From positions 1 to 54,189 of the forward strand of contig JBATTW010000158.1 of assembly GCA_049670805.1 (NCBI GenBank): a stretch of DNA of 54,189 nt, given 5' to 3'. A program made the position numbers and the translations under genes. Shown one piece after another: positions 33,930 through 43,183 of the stretch; the first letter of the stretch is position 1, and each line of letters opens with the position of its first letter. Below the pieces are notes generated by a model that was given only the letters and a program-made list of their open reading frames with translations, was not told where the DNA came from and made no database searches. Source of the stretch: Bacteroidota bacterium (lineage in GTDB: Bacteria > Bacteroidota > Ignavibacteria > UBA10030 > UBA6906).

Positions 33930-35762
33930 CTACTGACCCAGGATCTTGAAAATCCCCTCGATTTTTCCCAGGGGAGCACCCAGCTGAACCCCGGCTACCT
34001 CGCCTTTAATATGCTCGAATGTCTCCCGGGCAATGCTCACTCCCTCCAGGAAAGCTTCTTCTTTTGTTCCCGCCTTCTTCATCCGCTCCAGGATGTCGGG
34101 GGGTACGGTGGCTCCGGGCACCTCGTTGTTCATAAACTCGGCATTGCGGTAAGAGACAAGCGGCCAGATTCCACAGACAAGCGGGATTTTCAGGTGTTCG
34201 ACCCGCTTCACGAAGCTCTCCAGAATATCGATGTCAAACACGGGTTGTGTAATCATGTACTCTGCGCCCGCGTCGACTTTCCAGTCGAGCCGTCTCAACT
34301 CCTCGTCCAGATTTATTGCGCCGGGATTTACCCCCACGCCGATGCTGAATCCTGTTGGCTCGCCAATCGGGTTTCCGGCCAGGTCCAGACCGTGGTTGAG
34401 GCGGTTGATGAGATTCGACAGACCTATGGCATCTACGTCAAAGACTGCTGTTGCGTCAGGATAGTTCCCCAGTTTGGGCGGATCGCCCGTGATGGCGAGG
34501 ATGTTCCTGAGCCCGAGGGCCCAGGCTCCGAGCAGGTCTGACTGCATCCCGATCGCGTTTCGGTCCCGGCAAGCGAAGTGGAGGACCGTTTCAATGCCAA
34601 TTTCCCTCTGGATGAGAACAGCCAGCGAGAGGGCGGACATCCTGGCGGAGGCTCTCGGGCCGTCCGGGATGTTGATGGCATCGATCCCGAAATTGAAGAG
34701 CGTTCTTGCCTTGGCGAGCTGAGCCGAAGGAGAGACGCCGCGCGGGGAGACGAGCTCGACGAGTGTCACGAACTCCTCACGGAGAAGCTTGTTCATGAGA
34801 CGAGACTTCTCCGTCTTCTCGTAGACACGGACCGTTTCGGGCGCGGTGACTTTGAGCTCGGCTTCCTTGACATCCATCCGCTTTGCAGGCTGTAGTGCGT
34901 GGACGGCCCTACGGATGGCCTTGATATGTTCGGGGTTTGTTCCGCAGCATCCTCCCACGACAGCGGCACCCGTCTGGATAAAACGCTTGGCATACTCAGC
35001 CATGTATTCGGGGGAGGTCATGTAGATGTTTCTGCCGCCGATCCTCTGGGGGAGACCCGCATTTGGCTGCACCGAGATCGGGAGGCGGGTGAGGGTCTTG
35101 AGCTCTTCGAGGGCATCCAGCATCGCCTTTGGACCTACCGAGCAGTTCATTCCGATGACATCAACCCCCTGCTCACTCAGCGCGTCCACAAATACCTGCA
35201 GTGATGCTCCCCGAAGCAGCTTGCGCTCGTCATTGATGGTGACCTGTGCGACAATCGGGATCTCCTGCCGAAGTTCACGTGCTGCCCTGATCGCCTGGAC
35301 CAGCTCTGCCGGCATGATAAACGTCTCGAAGATGATCAGGTCCACGCCGCCATCAAGCAACCCCCGGATCTGTTCTTTGAAGACGTCTCTTGCCTCGTCA
35401 TAGGCAAGCCGCCCGAGAGGCTCGATTTCGACTCCGAGCGGGCCGACAGATCCCGCAACCAATGCCCTTTCCCCCGCCGCCTGTTTCGCGAGCTCTGCTC
35501 CCTTCAGGTTGATTTCATAGGTCTTGCTCTCCAACCCATGGGGTGAGAGCTTGAAATGGTTCGCGCCATAGGTGTTCGTCTCGATGACGTCGGCACCAGC
35601 CTTTACGTACTCCTCGTGAACCTGAGAGACGAGATCGGGGTTGGTGAGATTGAGCTCGTCAAAACAGGTGTTGACGTAGATCCCCTTTTCATAGAGATAC
35701 GTGCCGACTCCGCCATCGAACACGATAACCTCTTTCTGGAGTCTGTTGCGAAATCCCTTCAT
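33930..35762 (-). CDS. yitJ: Bifunctional homocysteine S-methyltransferase / 5,10-methylenetetrahydrofolate reductase (YitJ-type fusion)
   Basis: N-terminal Hcy-binding domain (VIVFDGGVGTYLYEKGI..., zinc site VVGGCCGTNPEHI). C-terminal MetF/MTHFR TIM barrel (...FACRDRN...ILAITGDPP...). 610 aa. Confidence 0.9.
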   Translation of the reverse strand: MKGFRNRLQKEVIVFDGGVGTYLYEKGIYVNTCFDELNLTNPDLVSQVHEEYVKAGADVIETNTYGANHFKLSPHGLESKTYEINLKGAELAKQAAGERALVAGSVGPLGVEIEPLGRLAYDEARDVFKEQIRGLLDGGVDLIIFETFIMPAELVQAIRAARELRQEIPIVAQVTINDERKLLRGASLQVFVDALSEQGVDVIGMNCSVGPKAMLDALEELKTLTRLPISVQPNAGLPQRIGGRNIYMTSPEYMAEYAKRFIQTGAAVVGGCCGTNPEHIKAIRRAVHALQPAKRMDVKEAELKVTAPETVRVYEKTEKSRLMNKLLREEFVTLVELVSPRGVSPSAQLAKARTLFNFGIDAINIPDGPRASARMSALSLAVLIQREIGIETVLHFACRDRNAIGMQSDLLGAWALGLRNILAITGDPPKLGNYPDATAVFDVDAIGLSNLINRLNHGLDLAGNPIGEPTGFSIGVGVNPGAINLDEELRRLDWKVDAGAEYMITQPVFDIDILESFVKRVEHLKIPLVCGIWPLVSYRNAEFMNNEVPGATVPPDILERMKKAGTKEEAFLEGVSIARETFEHIKGEVAGVQLGAPLGKIEGIFKILGQ

Positions 35763-35795
35763 GGTACCCTCATGCCGATGATTTGGATGATGATG

Positions 35796-35823
35796 AATCT
35801 ATGATTTTCTTTCTCAGAGTCAA
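35796..35823 (-). promoter_or_regulatory. Candidate sigma70-type promoter TTGACT-16-TAGATT for the yitJ-like gene
   Basis: Minus-strand hexamers at 35823-35818 and 35801-35796, ~34 nt upstream of the ATG at 35762. Confidence 0.3.
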
Positions 35824-35861
35824 ACGAATGGGGGGATGTGTGGTTCGCAGTATCTGTTTCG

Positions 35862-35890
35862 TTGCCTTCAACAGGCAAAGTCGGTACATT
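35862..35890 (+). promoter_or_regulatory. Candidate sigma70-type promoter TTGCCT-17-TACATT for the BNR-repeat gene
   Basis: Hexamers at 35862-35867 and 35885-35890. GGAGG lies 5 nt upstream of the ATG at 35916. Confidence 0.3.
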
Positions 35891-35915
35891 GACCCACCAT
35901 CTGAAGGGAGGATGT

Positions 35916-38453
35916 ATGCGGAATTCCGGATTGGCGGTCTTCGTATCGTTCGTGTTTGTCACGGCTTTTGCAGCGTCCGTTTCTCCTGGGCCGGGCCAGT
36001 TGTCTGAGTGGCAGGGAGTTCCCCATGCGAGTTCGGCGGCGAGTTCGGGCGGACGGTCCGGTGCTCTGGAAGCCCTTGAGTTCTGGTCTGCATCCCGGGC
36101 GTACCCGGAGATGGACATTCCCCCCGACAGGTACTTCCCCGAGTACGTAAGGGTGAAGTCGGAACTCAGAAAAAGCTCGGATCGCAGTACAAGCACTCCC
36201 CCCTGGGAGTTCCTCGGGCCCGTCAATTTCGCCGGAAGGATGATCGGAATCGCTATAAACCCTCTAGATCCGAAGACAATCTACGCAGGTGCAGCAAGCG
36301 GAGGCCTGTGGCGTACCCGCTCCTTTATAGTGGGCGACTGGGAGCGGGTGGAGACCGGCTTTCCCGTGCTTGGAGTAAACGCAATCGCGATCAATCCGGC
36401 AGACACCAGCGAAATCTATATTGGGACGGGGGAAACGTATCGCTATCAGGGTTCCGTGGGTGGCCAGGTGATCAGGACCACCCGGGGGAGCTATGGGATG
36501 GGGATACTGAAGACCACCGACGGAGGCGCGACCTGGTCGCAAAGTCTGGACTGGTCCTATCACCAGCAACGGGGTGTGCAGGCAATCCGACTCAATCCGC
36601 TCAACCCCAGCTCGGTTTTTGCCGCGACCTCAGAAGGTGTCTACAAATCAACAGATGCCGGTGGTACATGGTTGCCCGTGCTGGAGGTGCTCATGGCACG
36701 CGATATTGCCATACATCCTCTTGACACGATGCGTGTGCTTGCGACGTGTGGGAATTTCGCGAGCACGGGCACCGGTGTCTACTCTTCTCTTGACGGCGGG
36801 GAGAGTTTTGAGAAGATCCAGAGCCTCCCCGATTTCTCCGGCATGGCGCGGCTGGGAGTGTTCAAGAAGAGTCCCGATCTGGTCTATGTCTCACTCGCGG
36901 AGAGCACCACAGTTATCGGTGAGCTCTGGTCCAGCACGGATTTCGGTTCAACCTGGCAGCACGTGAAGACCGATAACAACGGTGACGTCCAGGGGTGGTA
37001 TGCACGCTTCCTGGCCATTCATCCCGGCGACGCGAGCCAGATTATCCAGGGAGCTCAGGGGCTCTGGAAATCCACCGATTGGGGCGCGAATTTCACACGG
37101 AGTAATGATTGCTGGGCCGATTTCCACGACTTTGTCCATCATCCTACAGATACCAATACCATCTACGTCGTGGATGACGGCGGTGTCTGGCGTTCAACGG
37201 ACTTCGGGGACTCCTATCAGTTCATCGGTCACGGGCTCCAGACATCCCAGTTCTACAGCGGGTTCTCGAGCTCCGCCACCGACTCCCTCCTCGCTCTGGG
37301 ACAGGTCCAGGATCACTTTGGCTGGATGTATACGGGATCAGAAAACTGGCCGCAGGGAGGAGTGGACGAGGTCGGCTGGACAGCCATTGATCCCGTCAGC
37401 GACAGCATCATGTATGCGGTTTCCAGGGGTGGACGCGGGGTGTTCAAGTCCGTCGACAGGGGCAGATCATACTTCCAGATCGGTTCCAGCTTTGGCGGTG
37501 TGGGCGGATGGAATTCGCCAATTGTTCTCTCCCCATCTCATACGAGTATCCTCTATTTTGGACGGAGCAGAGTCTACAAGACAACCAATGGTGGAGGGAC
37601 GTGGTTGCTCACCGGCGGAGGGACGGACCTGGATGGGAATCCTGCCCTCTCGATGGCCATTTCCGCGACGAGTCCGGACACGGTCCTCGTCGGTACAGCC
37701 CCGGGGGCCGCGCGGCCGCACATTTTCAGAACCATCGATGGTGGAGACACATGGGACGATGTGACACGCTGGCTCCCGAATCGCTACCCGATGGACCTTG
37801 CGGTTGACCCCACGGACTCCAGGGTCATCTATGCGGTGTTTGGTGGTTTTGACACAACGCGGGTTGCGAAATCGACCAACGTTGGAATCACCTGGACGGA
37901 CGTCTCCGGGAATCTTCCCAACGTTCCGACGACAGCAGTTGCGGTTGACCCCTTTGCGCCGGAGCATGTCTATGTCGGCAATGACATCGGGGTCTTTGTC
38001 TCGACGAACGGCGGCGGTGGATGGGAACGTTTTGACGAGGGGCTCCCGGAGGCATTGCTCGTATCCGATCTGAGCATATCTCCTTCCAACCAGTCGATCA
38101 AGGCCGCATCCCACAGCAACGGCGTTTACGAGAGGAAGCTTCTTGTCCCACAGGTGACCGGGGTAGCGGAAGCCGCAACGGATGTGCCGGTTGGGATGGT
38201 CCTGCGGCAGAACTATCCCAATCCCTTCAATCCCTCTACGCAGATAGAGTTTCAGGTTGCTGTTCCCGCAGAAGTTACCCTCAAAATCTACTCGCTTGCA
38301 GGCGAGGAGCTCCTGACCCTGGTCCACGGGCCAAAACCCGCCGGTGTGCACACTCTGGATTTTAATGGTTCGGGACTGGCAAGCGGGATCTACATTTACG
38401 AGCTGGTCGCCGGTCCGGTGCGGGCAGCCCGGAAAATGATTCTCCTCAAATAG
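35916..38453 (+). CDS. BNR/Asp-box repeat (sortilin/VPS10- or Ycf48-like double propeller) protein with T9SS C-terminal sorting domain
   Basis: Signal peptide MRNSGLAVFVSFVFVTAFAA. At least 10 Asp-boxes (STDAGGTW, SLDGGESF, STDFGSTW, STDWGANF, STDFGDSY, SVDRGRSY, TTNGGGTW, TIDGGDTW, STNVGITW, STNGGGGW). CTD LRQNYPNPFNPSTQIEF... Confidence 0.85.
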   Translation: MRNSGLAVFVSFVFVTAFAASVSPGPGQLSEWQGVPHASSAASSGGRSGALEALEFWSASRAYPEMDIPPDRYFPEYVRVKSELRKSSDRSTSTPPWEFLGPVNFAGRMIGIAINPLDPKTIYAGAASGGLWRTRSFIVGDWERVETGFPVLGVNAIAINPADTSEIYIGTGETYRYQGSVGGQVIRTTRGSYGMGILKTTDGGATWSQSLDWSYHQQRGVQAIRLNPLNPSSVFAATSEGVYKSTDAGGTWLPVLEVLMARDIAIHPLDTMRVLATCGNFASTGTGVYSSLDGGESFEKIQSLPDFSGMARLGVFKKSPDLVYVSLAESTTVIGELWSSTDFGSTWQHVKTDNNGDVQGWYARFLAIHPGDASQIIQGAQGLWKSTDWGANFTRSNDCWADFHDFVHHPTDTNTIYVVDDGGVWRSTDFGDSYQFIGHGLQTSQFYSGFSSSATDSLLALGQVQDHFGWMYTGSENWPQGGVDEVGWTAIDPVSDSIMYAVSRGGRGVFKSVDRGRSYFQIGSSFGGVGGWNSPIVLSPSHTSILYFGRSRVYKTTNGGGTWLLTGGGTDLDGNPALSMAISATSPDTVLVGTAPGAARPHIFRTIDGGDTWDDVTRWLPNRYPMDLAVDPTDSRVIYAVFGGFDTTRVAKSTNVGITWTDVSGNLPNVPTTAVAVDPFAPEHVYVGNDIGVFVSTNGGGGWERFDEGLPEALLVSDLSISPSNQSIKAASHSNGVYERKLLVPQVTGVAEAATDVPVGMVLRQNYPNPFNPSTQIEFQVAVPAEVTLKIYSLAGEELLTLVHGPKPAGVHTLDFNGSGLASGIYIYELVAGPVRAARKMILLK
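38202..38450 (+). other. T9SS type-A C-terminal sorting domain coding segment
   Basis: LRQNYPNPFNPSTQIEFQVAVPAEVTLKIYSLAGEELLTLVHG...GIYIYELVAG...RKMILLK. Confidence 0.8.
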
Positions 38454-38465
38454 GATGGAAACAAT

Positions 38466-40835
38466 ATGAAACGGCTTGTTGCTGCTGCGGGGGTACTTAT
38501 CATGGCGGTGGCGAGTGTTGTGGGGCAGGACCGGCACAGCCAGGTACGAATCCCCGTCAATTCGGTGGAGGATGTGCGAAGGGTCGCCCGTCTCGGTATT
38601 CCGGTTGACCATACCGGAGGTCGGGCGGGTCGCTGGCTGGACCTCTTTCTCAGCAGCCGTGAGGTTGAACTCCTGGAAAGAAACGGTATTCCCTTTACGG
38701 TGCTCATCCAGAATTGGGAGGAACACTACCGCCGACGTCAGCGGGAAGAGTCTCTCCGTCCTTCGCTTCCTGCGCTCGCTTCGGCGGTGAAGCATTTCCA
38801 TCTTGGCTCAATGGGTGGTTTTCTGACGCTGCAAGAAATCAGGGCCGAGCTGGACTCCATGCGATCGGAGTATCCGCATCTCATTACGGAAAGAGATTCC
38901 ATCGGTGTTTCTGTAGAGAACAGACCCCTCTGGGCCATGAAGATCTCCGCACATGCCGACCTGGATGAGACGGAGCCGCGTGCACTCTATGATGCGCTGA
39001 CGCATGCGGGGGAGCCGGGCGGGATGATGCAGTTGATCTACTTCATGTGGTATCTTCTCGAGAACTACGGGACAGATCCCGAGGTCACACATCTGCTCGA
39101 TCACCGGGAGCTCTTCTTCATCCCGGTTGTGAACCCTGACGGGTATCTGTACAACGAGATCTCGTGGCCGGACGGGGGAGGACAGTGGCGCAAGAATCGG
39201 CGAGACAATGGGGACGGTTCTATCGGTGTGGATCTCAACCGCAACTACGAGTTTGCATGGGGGTACGACAACGAAGGGTCGAGTCCTAATGGTGTCTCAG
39301 ATGTCTATCGGGGTCCCCGGGGCTTTTCGGAGCCGGAGACACGAACGGTGAGAGATTTCTGTGTGGAGAAAGGCTTCTCTACTGCGCTCAACTACCATAC
39401 ATACGGCAATCTCCTCATCTACCCCTGGGGATATCTCGATGGTGATACGATGGATTCCACCCGGTACCGTGCAATGGCGGAAGAGATGACCTCGGCTAAC
39501 AGATATACCTACGGTACCGGGGGACAGACAGTTGGCTACATCACCAACGGGGACGCTGACGACTGGATGTACGGGGAGACGCTGCTCAAACCGCGTATCG
39601 TTTCCATGACACCGGAAGTGGGGAGCGTGACAGACGGTCACTGGCCGTCCGTCTCCCGAATCCTTCCTCACGCCCAGGAGAATCTCTTCGCGAACCTCTA
39701 TCTTGCGCATGCAGCCGGGCAGTTTCTCACGATCGCTGATGCGGAGGTAGAGCAAGAATCATCCTCTGATACTATCCGGATCCAGCTCTCGTTTGTCAGT
39801 GCGGGGATGGTGGTGCCCGCTTCAACCGCACAGCTCTCGGTCGCCAGCACGTATATTCGTGTCATCGACTCGTCTTTCTCCTCTTTCGAGTGGGAGGATC
39901 CGATGTCAATCCGTGCCCTTCCCAACACGTCGTACACCCCCGGCGATCATGCCCGGCTGATCGTAGAGCTCTCCTACGTTGGCGGGTACACCGTTGACAC
40001 GGTGCAGATCCGTCTGGGAGCTCCGGCTCTTCTGTATGCGGATGACGCTGAATCGAGCATGGCGAACTGGGAGTTCGCCACGGATAACCCTTCCGCCAGG
40101 TGGGACACCTCGAGCGGCAGAGCACACTCCGGTCTCCTCTCATACACGGAAAGCCCCGCCGGAGTCTATCCGGACAATCTCACCACGACGATGACTCTAC
40201 GCTCGCCGCTGGTCCTTTCCGGCACCGGGGCGGAGCTCCGGTTCTGGGCGATGTGGGACATCGAAACCAACTGGGACTACGCGGTTGTGGAGGTTTCAAC
40301 AGACGGGCAGAGCTGGAATCCTCTCCGGGGTAGATATACGGCGCAGGGCTCGGGAAGGGGGAAGCAGCCTCTCTTCTCGCCCGGTCTGGACGGTATCAAA
40401 CATGCATGGGCCGAGGAAGTAATGGACCTGGAAGAGTTTCTGGGTCAATCCGTGCAGCTGCGGTTTCGATTCGAGTCGGATGGCTACGTAGGTGGGGAGG
40501 GGATTTTTGTTGATGATATCAGGTTGTTACTCTACACGTCGCTGACTGATGTTGGAGACGAACTGCCGCCGGATATCTTCTCTCTCAGGCAGAACTATCC
40601 GAATCCATTCAATCCCGCTACTACCATACGGTATTCCCTGCCGAGGAGAGGCCACGTCACGCTGAAGGTCTTTGACCTCCTTGGAAGGGAGGTCGAGACG
40701 CTCGTGGACGAGGTAAGATCTGCCGGTGCTCATAGCGTGCGGTTCGATGCGGGGGGCCTTGCAGCCGGTGTGTACCTGTACAGGCTTACCGCCGGTGGAG
40801 GCAGCCAGACGAGAAAGCTCCTGTTGCTTCGTTAA
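38466..40835 (+). CDS. M14 family zinc carboxypeptidase with additional beta-sandwich domains and T9SS C-terminal sorting domain
   Basis: Signal peptide. Zinc/HxxE region LTHAGEPGG, plus FIPVVNPDGY, WRKNRRDN...GVDLNRNY and HTYGNLLIYPWGY. CTD LRQNYPNPFNPATTIRY... Confidence 0.9.
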   Translation: MKRLVAAAGVLIMAVASVVGQDRHSQVRIPVNSVEDVRRVARLGIPVDHTGGRAGRWLDLFLSSREVELLERNGIPFTVLIQNWEEHYRRRQREESLRPSLPALASAVKHFHLGSMGGFLTLQEIRAELDSMRSEYPHLITERDSIGVSVENRPLWAMKISAHADLDETEPRALYDALTHAGEPGGMMQLIYFMWYLLENYGTDPEVTHLLDHRELFFIPVVNPDGYLYNEISWPDGGGQWRKNRRDNGDGSIGVDLNRNYEFAWGYDNEGSSPNGVSDVYRGPRGFSEPETRTVRDFCVEKGFSTALNYHTYGNLLIYPWGYLDGDTMDSTRYRAMAEEMTSANRYTYGTGGQTVGYITNGDADDWMYGETLLKPRIVSMTPEVGSVTDGHWPSVSRILPHAQENLFANLYLAHAAGQFLTIADAEVEQESSSDTIRIQLSFVSAGMVVPASTAQLSVASTYIRVIDSSFSSFEWEDPMSIRALPNTSYTPGDHARLIVELSYVGGYTVDTVQIRLGAPALLYADDAESSMANWEFATDNPSARWDTSSGRAHSGLLSYTESPAGVYPDNLTTTMTLRSPLVLSGTGAELRFWAMWDIETNWDYAVVEVSTDGQSWNPLRGRYTAQGSGRGKQPLFSPGLDGIKHAWAEEVMDLEEFLGQSVQLRFRFESDGYVGGEGIFVDDIRLLLYTSLTDVGDELPPDIFSLRQNYPNPFNPATTIRYSLPRRGHVTLKVFDLLGREVETLVDEVRSAGAHSVRFDAGGLAAGVYLYRLTAGGGSQTRKLLLLR
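40584..40832 (+). other. T9SS type-A C-terminal sorting domain coding segment
   Basis: LRQNYPNPFNPATTIRYSLPRRGHVTLKVFDLLGREVETLVDE...GVYLYRLTAG...RKLLLLR. Confidence 0.8.
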
Positions 40836-40855
40836 TCAGATCCGTTGAGGACCAG

Positions 40856-42688
40856 ATGAAGGCCATTGGGTCGAGTCGCGAGCGTGATCGGGCGAAGATA
40901 TCGGATGGGTACAAATGGGACCCCACCCATCTTTATCCGTCTGACGCGGCGTGGCGTGAGGCAAAGGGTCGGTTGCTGGCAGACATCCCGGAGCTGGGTC
41001 AGTTTCGTGGGAGACTTGCCGATTCGGCGATGACGCTGCTCAGCTGTCTGGAAGCGGTGAGCCAGCTGACGAAGGAGTATGCACGGCTATATGTATACGC
41101 GAGCCTGAATTCCGACGTCGACACACGGGAGTCGGCCTACCTCGCCATGGTCCAGGAAGTTGGTCAGATTGGATCCGATTTCGCGGCTAAGACCTCTTTT
41201 GTCCGGCCTGAGATATTGACCATGGGGAGGGAAACCGTAGAGGCGTTTCTGGCCGCGCAGCCGAGACTGGGTATCTACAGGCACGACCTGGATGACATAC
41301 TCAGGCGAAAAGAGCACACGGGGACCGAAGGTGAGGAAAAGATCATCGCTGATGCCAGCCTGATGGCCGACGGGCCTGACAACATCTTCGGCATTTTCTC
41401 CAACGCGGATTTCCCCTTCCCGGAAGTGATCCTTCACGACGGGGAGCGCGTCAAACTGGATAAGGCGGCTTTCAGTCTGTATCGGACCGCCCCCAACAGA
41501 GCCGACAGGAAAGCTGTCTTCGAATCCTATCTCAGGTCCTTGAACGGATACCGGCGGACCTTCGGGGGTCAACTCTACGCGCAGGTGAAGAAAGATCTGT
41601 TCTACATGCGGGCGCGGAAGTACGAATCGTGTCTCCAGGGTGCTCTGGATGGAAACAACATCCCCACAGATGTATACACAGGGCTCATTCAGAATGCCAA
41701 CCGCCACCTGAAATCTTTTCATCGCTATCTGGCACTCAGGAAAAGGTTGCTGGGCGTGGAAGAACTTCACTACTACGATCTCTACGCCCCTATCGTACCC
41801 GAGGAGGATCTTCACTACTCGTATGATGAGGCCCGGGAACTCGTGATTGATTCGCTTGCTCCGCTCGGGGCGGAGTACCAGGAGACCGTGAAGAGGGCGT
41901 TCACCGATCGGTGGATGGATGTCTATCCAAGCGAAGGAAAGCGCGCGGGGGCGTACTCCAACGGTGCTGCGTATGATATTCATCCATACGTATTGTTGAA
42001 TTACAATGGTAAGTACGACGACGTGAGCACCATTGCTCATGAGCTAGGCCATACGATGCACAGTCACCTCAGCAATACGCACCAACCCTATCCGCTTTCG
42101 CACTACTCGATTTTTGTGGCAGAGGTGGCGTCCACATTCAACGAGGCCCTTCTCCTGAATCATATGCTCAAGTCCATAACGGATGATGCGATCCGGCTCT
42201 CTCTCCTGGGTAACTATCTGGATGGCCTTCGCGCAACGGTGTTTCGGCAAACGCAGTTTGCCGAATTCGAGCTCCGCATTCACGAGATGGCGGAACGCGG
42301 CGAGACTCTGACCGGCGATATTCTCAACGAGGTATACGACGGGATCACCAGACGGTACTACGGTCACGACAGTGGGCTCTGTGTCGTGGATGAAGAGTGC
42401 AGAGCCGAGTGGGCCAACGTGCCCCACTTCTACTACAACTTCTACGTCTTTCAGTACGCGACATCGTTTACCGCGTCTGCCGCGCTATCGGAAAAAGTGA
42501 TTTCCGGTGACAGCGAATCGACGCAGGCGTACCTGCGCCTCCTTTCGGCAGGCGGATCTGATTACCCGATTGCCCTGTTAAGCCAGGCCGGGGTGGACAT
42601 GACAGGACCGGTGCCGTTTGAACTGACGATGCAAAAAATGAACCGGGTCTTGGATGAGATGGAGAGTATCTGCGGCGGGGGTGGGTAG
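40856..42688 (+). CDS. pepF: Oligoendopeptidase F (M3B family)
   Basis: 610 aa with HELGHTMHS zinc motif and an M3B-like N-terminal region. No signal peptide. Confidence 0.9.
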   Translation: MKAIGSSRERDRAKISDGYKWDPTHLYPSDAAWREAKGRLLADIPELGQFRGRLADSAMTLLSCLEAVSQLTKEYARLYVYASLNSDVDTRESAYLAMVQEVGQIGSDFAAKTSFVRPEILTMGRETVEAFLAAQPRLGIYRHDLDDILRRKEHTGTEGEEKIIADASLMADGPDNIFGIFSNADFPFPEVILHDGERVKLDKAAFSLYRTAPNRADRKAVFESYLRSLNGYRRTFGGQLYAQVKKDLFYMRARKYESCLQGALDGNNIPTDVYTGLIQNANRHLKSFHRYLALRKRLLGVEELHYYDLYAPIVPEEDLHYSYDEARELVIDSLAPLGAEYQETVKRAFTDRWMDVYPSEGKRAGAYSNGAAYDIHPYVLLNYNGKYDDVSTIAHELGHTMHSHLSNTHQPYPLSHYSIFVAEVASTFNEALLLNHMLKSITDDAIRLSLLGNYLDGLRATVFRQTQFAEFELRIHEMAERGETLTGDILNEVYDGITRRYYGHDSGLCVVDEECRAEWANVPHFYYNFYVFQYATSFTASAALSEKVISGDSESTQAYLRLLSAGGSDYPIALLSQAGVDMTGPVPFELTMQKMNRVLDEMESICGGGG

Positions 42689-42703
42689 ACGCGGAGCCTG
42701 TGG

Positions 42704-43165
42704 CTATCGGGGATAAACACCTACGAGTTTGTAGATCCACCGGTGGAGGGCGTGGAACGAGCTGACCGGTTCAAGAAACATCAGAATACACTGACCATGT
42801 ATCACGCCCATCTGCTTCTCCTCGGCCTCCTTGATCGCCTCCTCAGACGCTGACCCCGGCTGCATCCATATCGAGGATATTCCCTTCTCGGCACACTGCC
42901 GCACGACATTCCCTGTTTGCGCAGGCGGGATAACCATAACGACAGATCGCACTTCGCCGGGAAGGTCCATTACGGAATTCCAGCATGCGTCTCCCTCAAC
43001 GAGATCCAGGGTGGGGTGGACCGGGAAGACCGCAAATTCCTTCTCCTTCATTGTTCTGTAGACAACGTTCCCGAATTTCTTCCGGTCGGCCGAGACGCCA
43101 ATCACCGCGTAGGCGGGTGAGCTGAAAAACGTTTCAATCGGTTCCTGAGTTTCGGTTCGTTTCAT
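42704..43165 (-). CDS. CoA-binding domain protein (YccU/YneT-like)
   Basis: YAVIGVSADRKKFGNVVYRTM...VFPVHP...IWMQPG is typical of CoA_binding_2. Confidence 0.8.
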   Translation of the reverse strand: MKRTETQEPIETFFSSPAYAVIGVSADRKKFGNVVYRTMKEKEFAVFPVHPTLDLVEGDACWNSVMDLPGEVRSVVMVIPPAQTGNVVRQCAEKGISSIWMQPGSASEEAIKEAEEKQMGVIHGQCILMFLEPVSSFHALHRWIYKLVGVYPR

Positions 43166-43183
43166 ACGGTCCTCGTTAACGGG

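Noticed and set aside
35763-35915. Possible SAM riboswitch in the leader of the yitJ-like methionine gene, since B. subtilis yitJ is S-box controlled
   Set aside because: I read the 153-nt minus-strand leader and found none of the SAM-I core elements (GAGGGA, GCAACC, GGUGCUAA-type) and no AAAGC-type SAM-II pseudoknot signature. There is only a 5-bp hairpin. The candidate promoter leaves a leader of only ~34 nt.
37467-38801. 444-aa minus-strand ORF across the BNR/M14 junction. Other long antisense ORFs of the same kind are 41087-42040, 4182-5084, 52514-53332, 2218-3027, 6206-6907, 43835-44605, 25955-26644, 33906-34541 and 19880-20488.
   Set aside because: All are antisense to genes with strong family motifs, are Arg/Pro/Gly-rich and contain no conserved motifs. 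I treat them as GC-driven artefacts.
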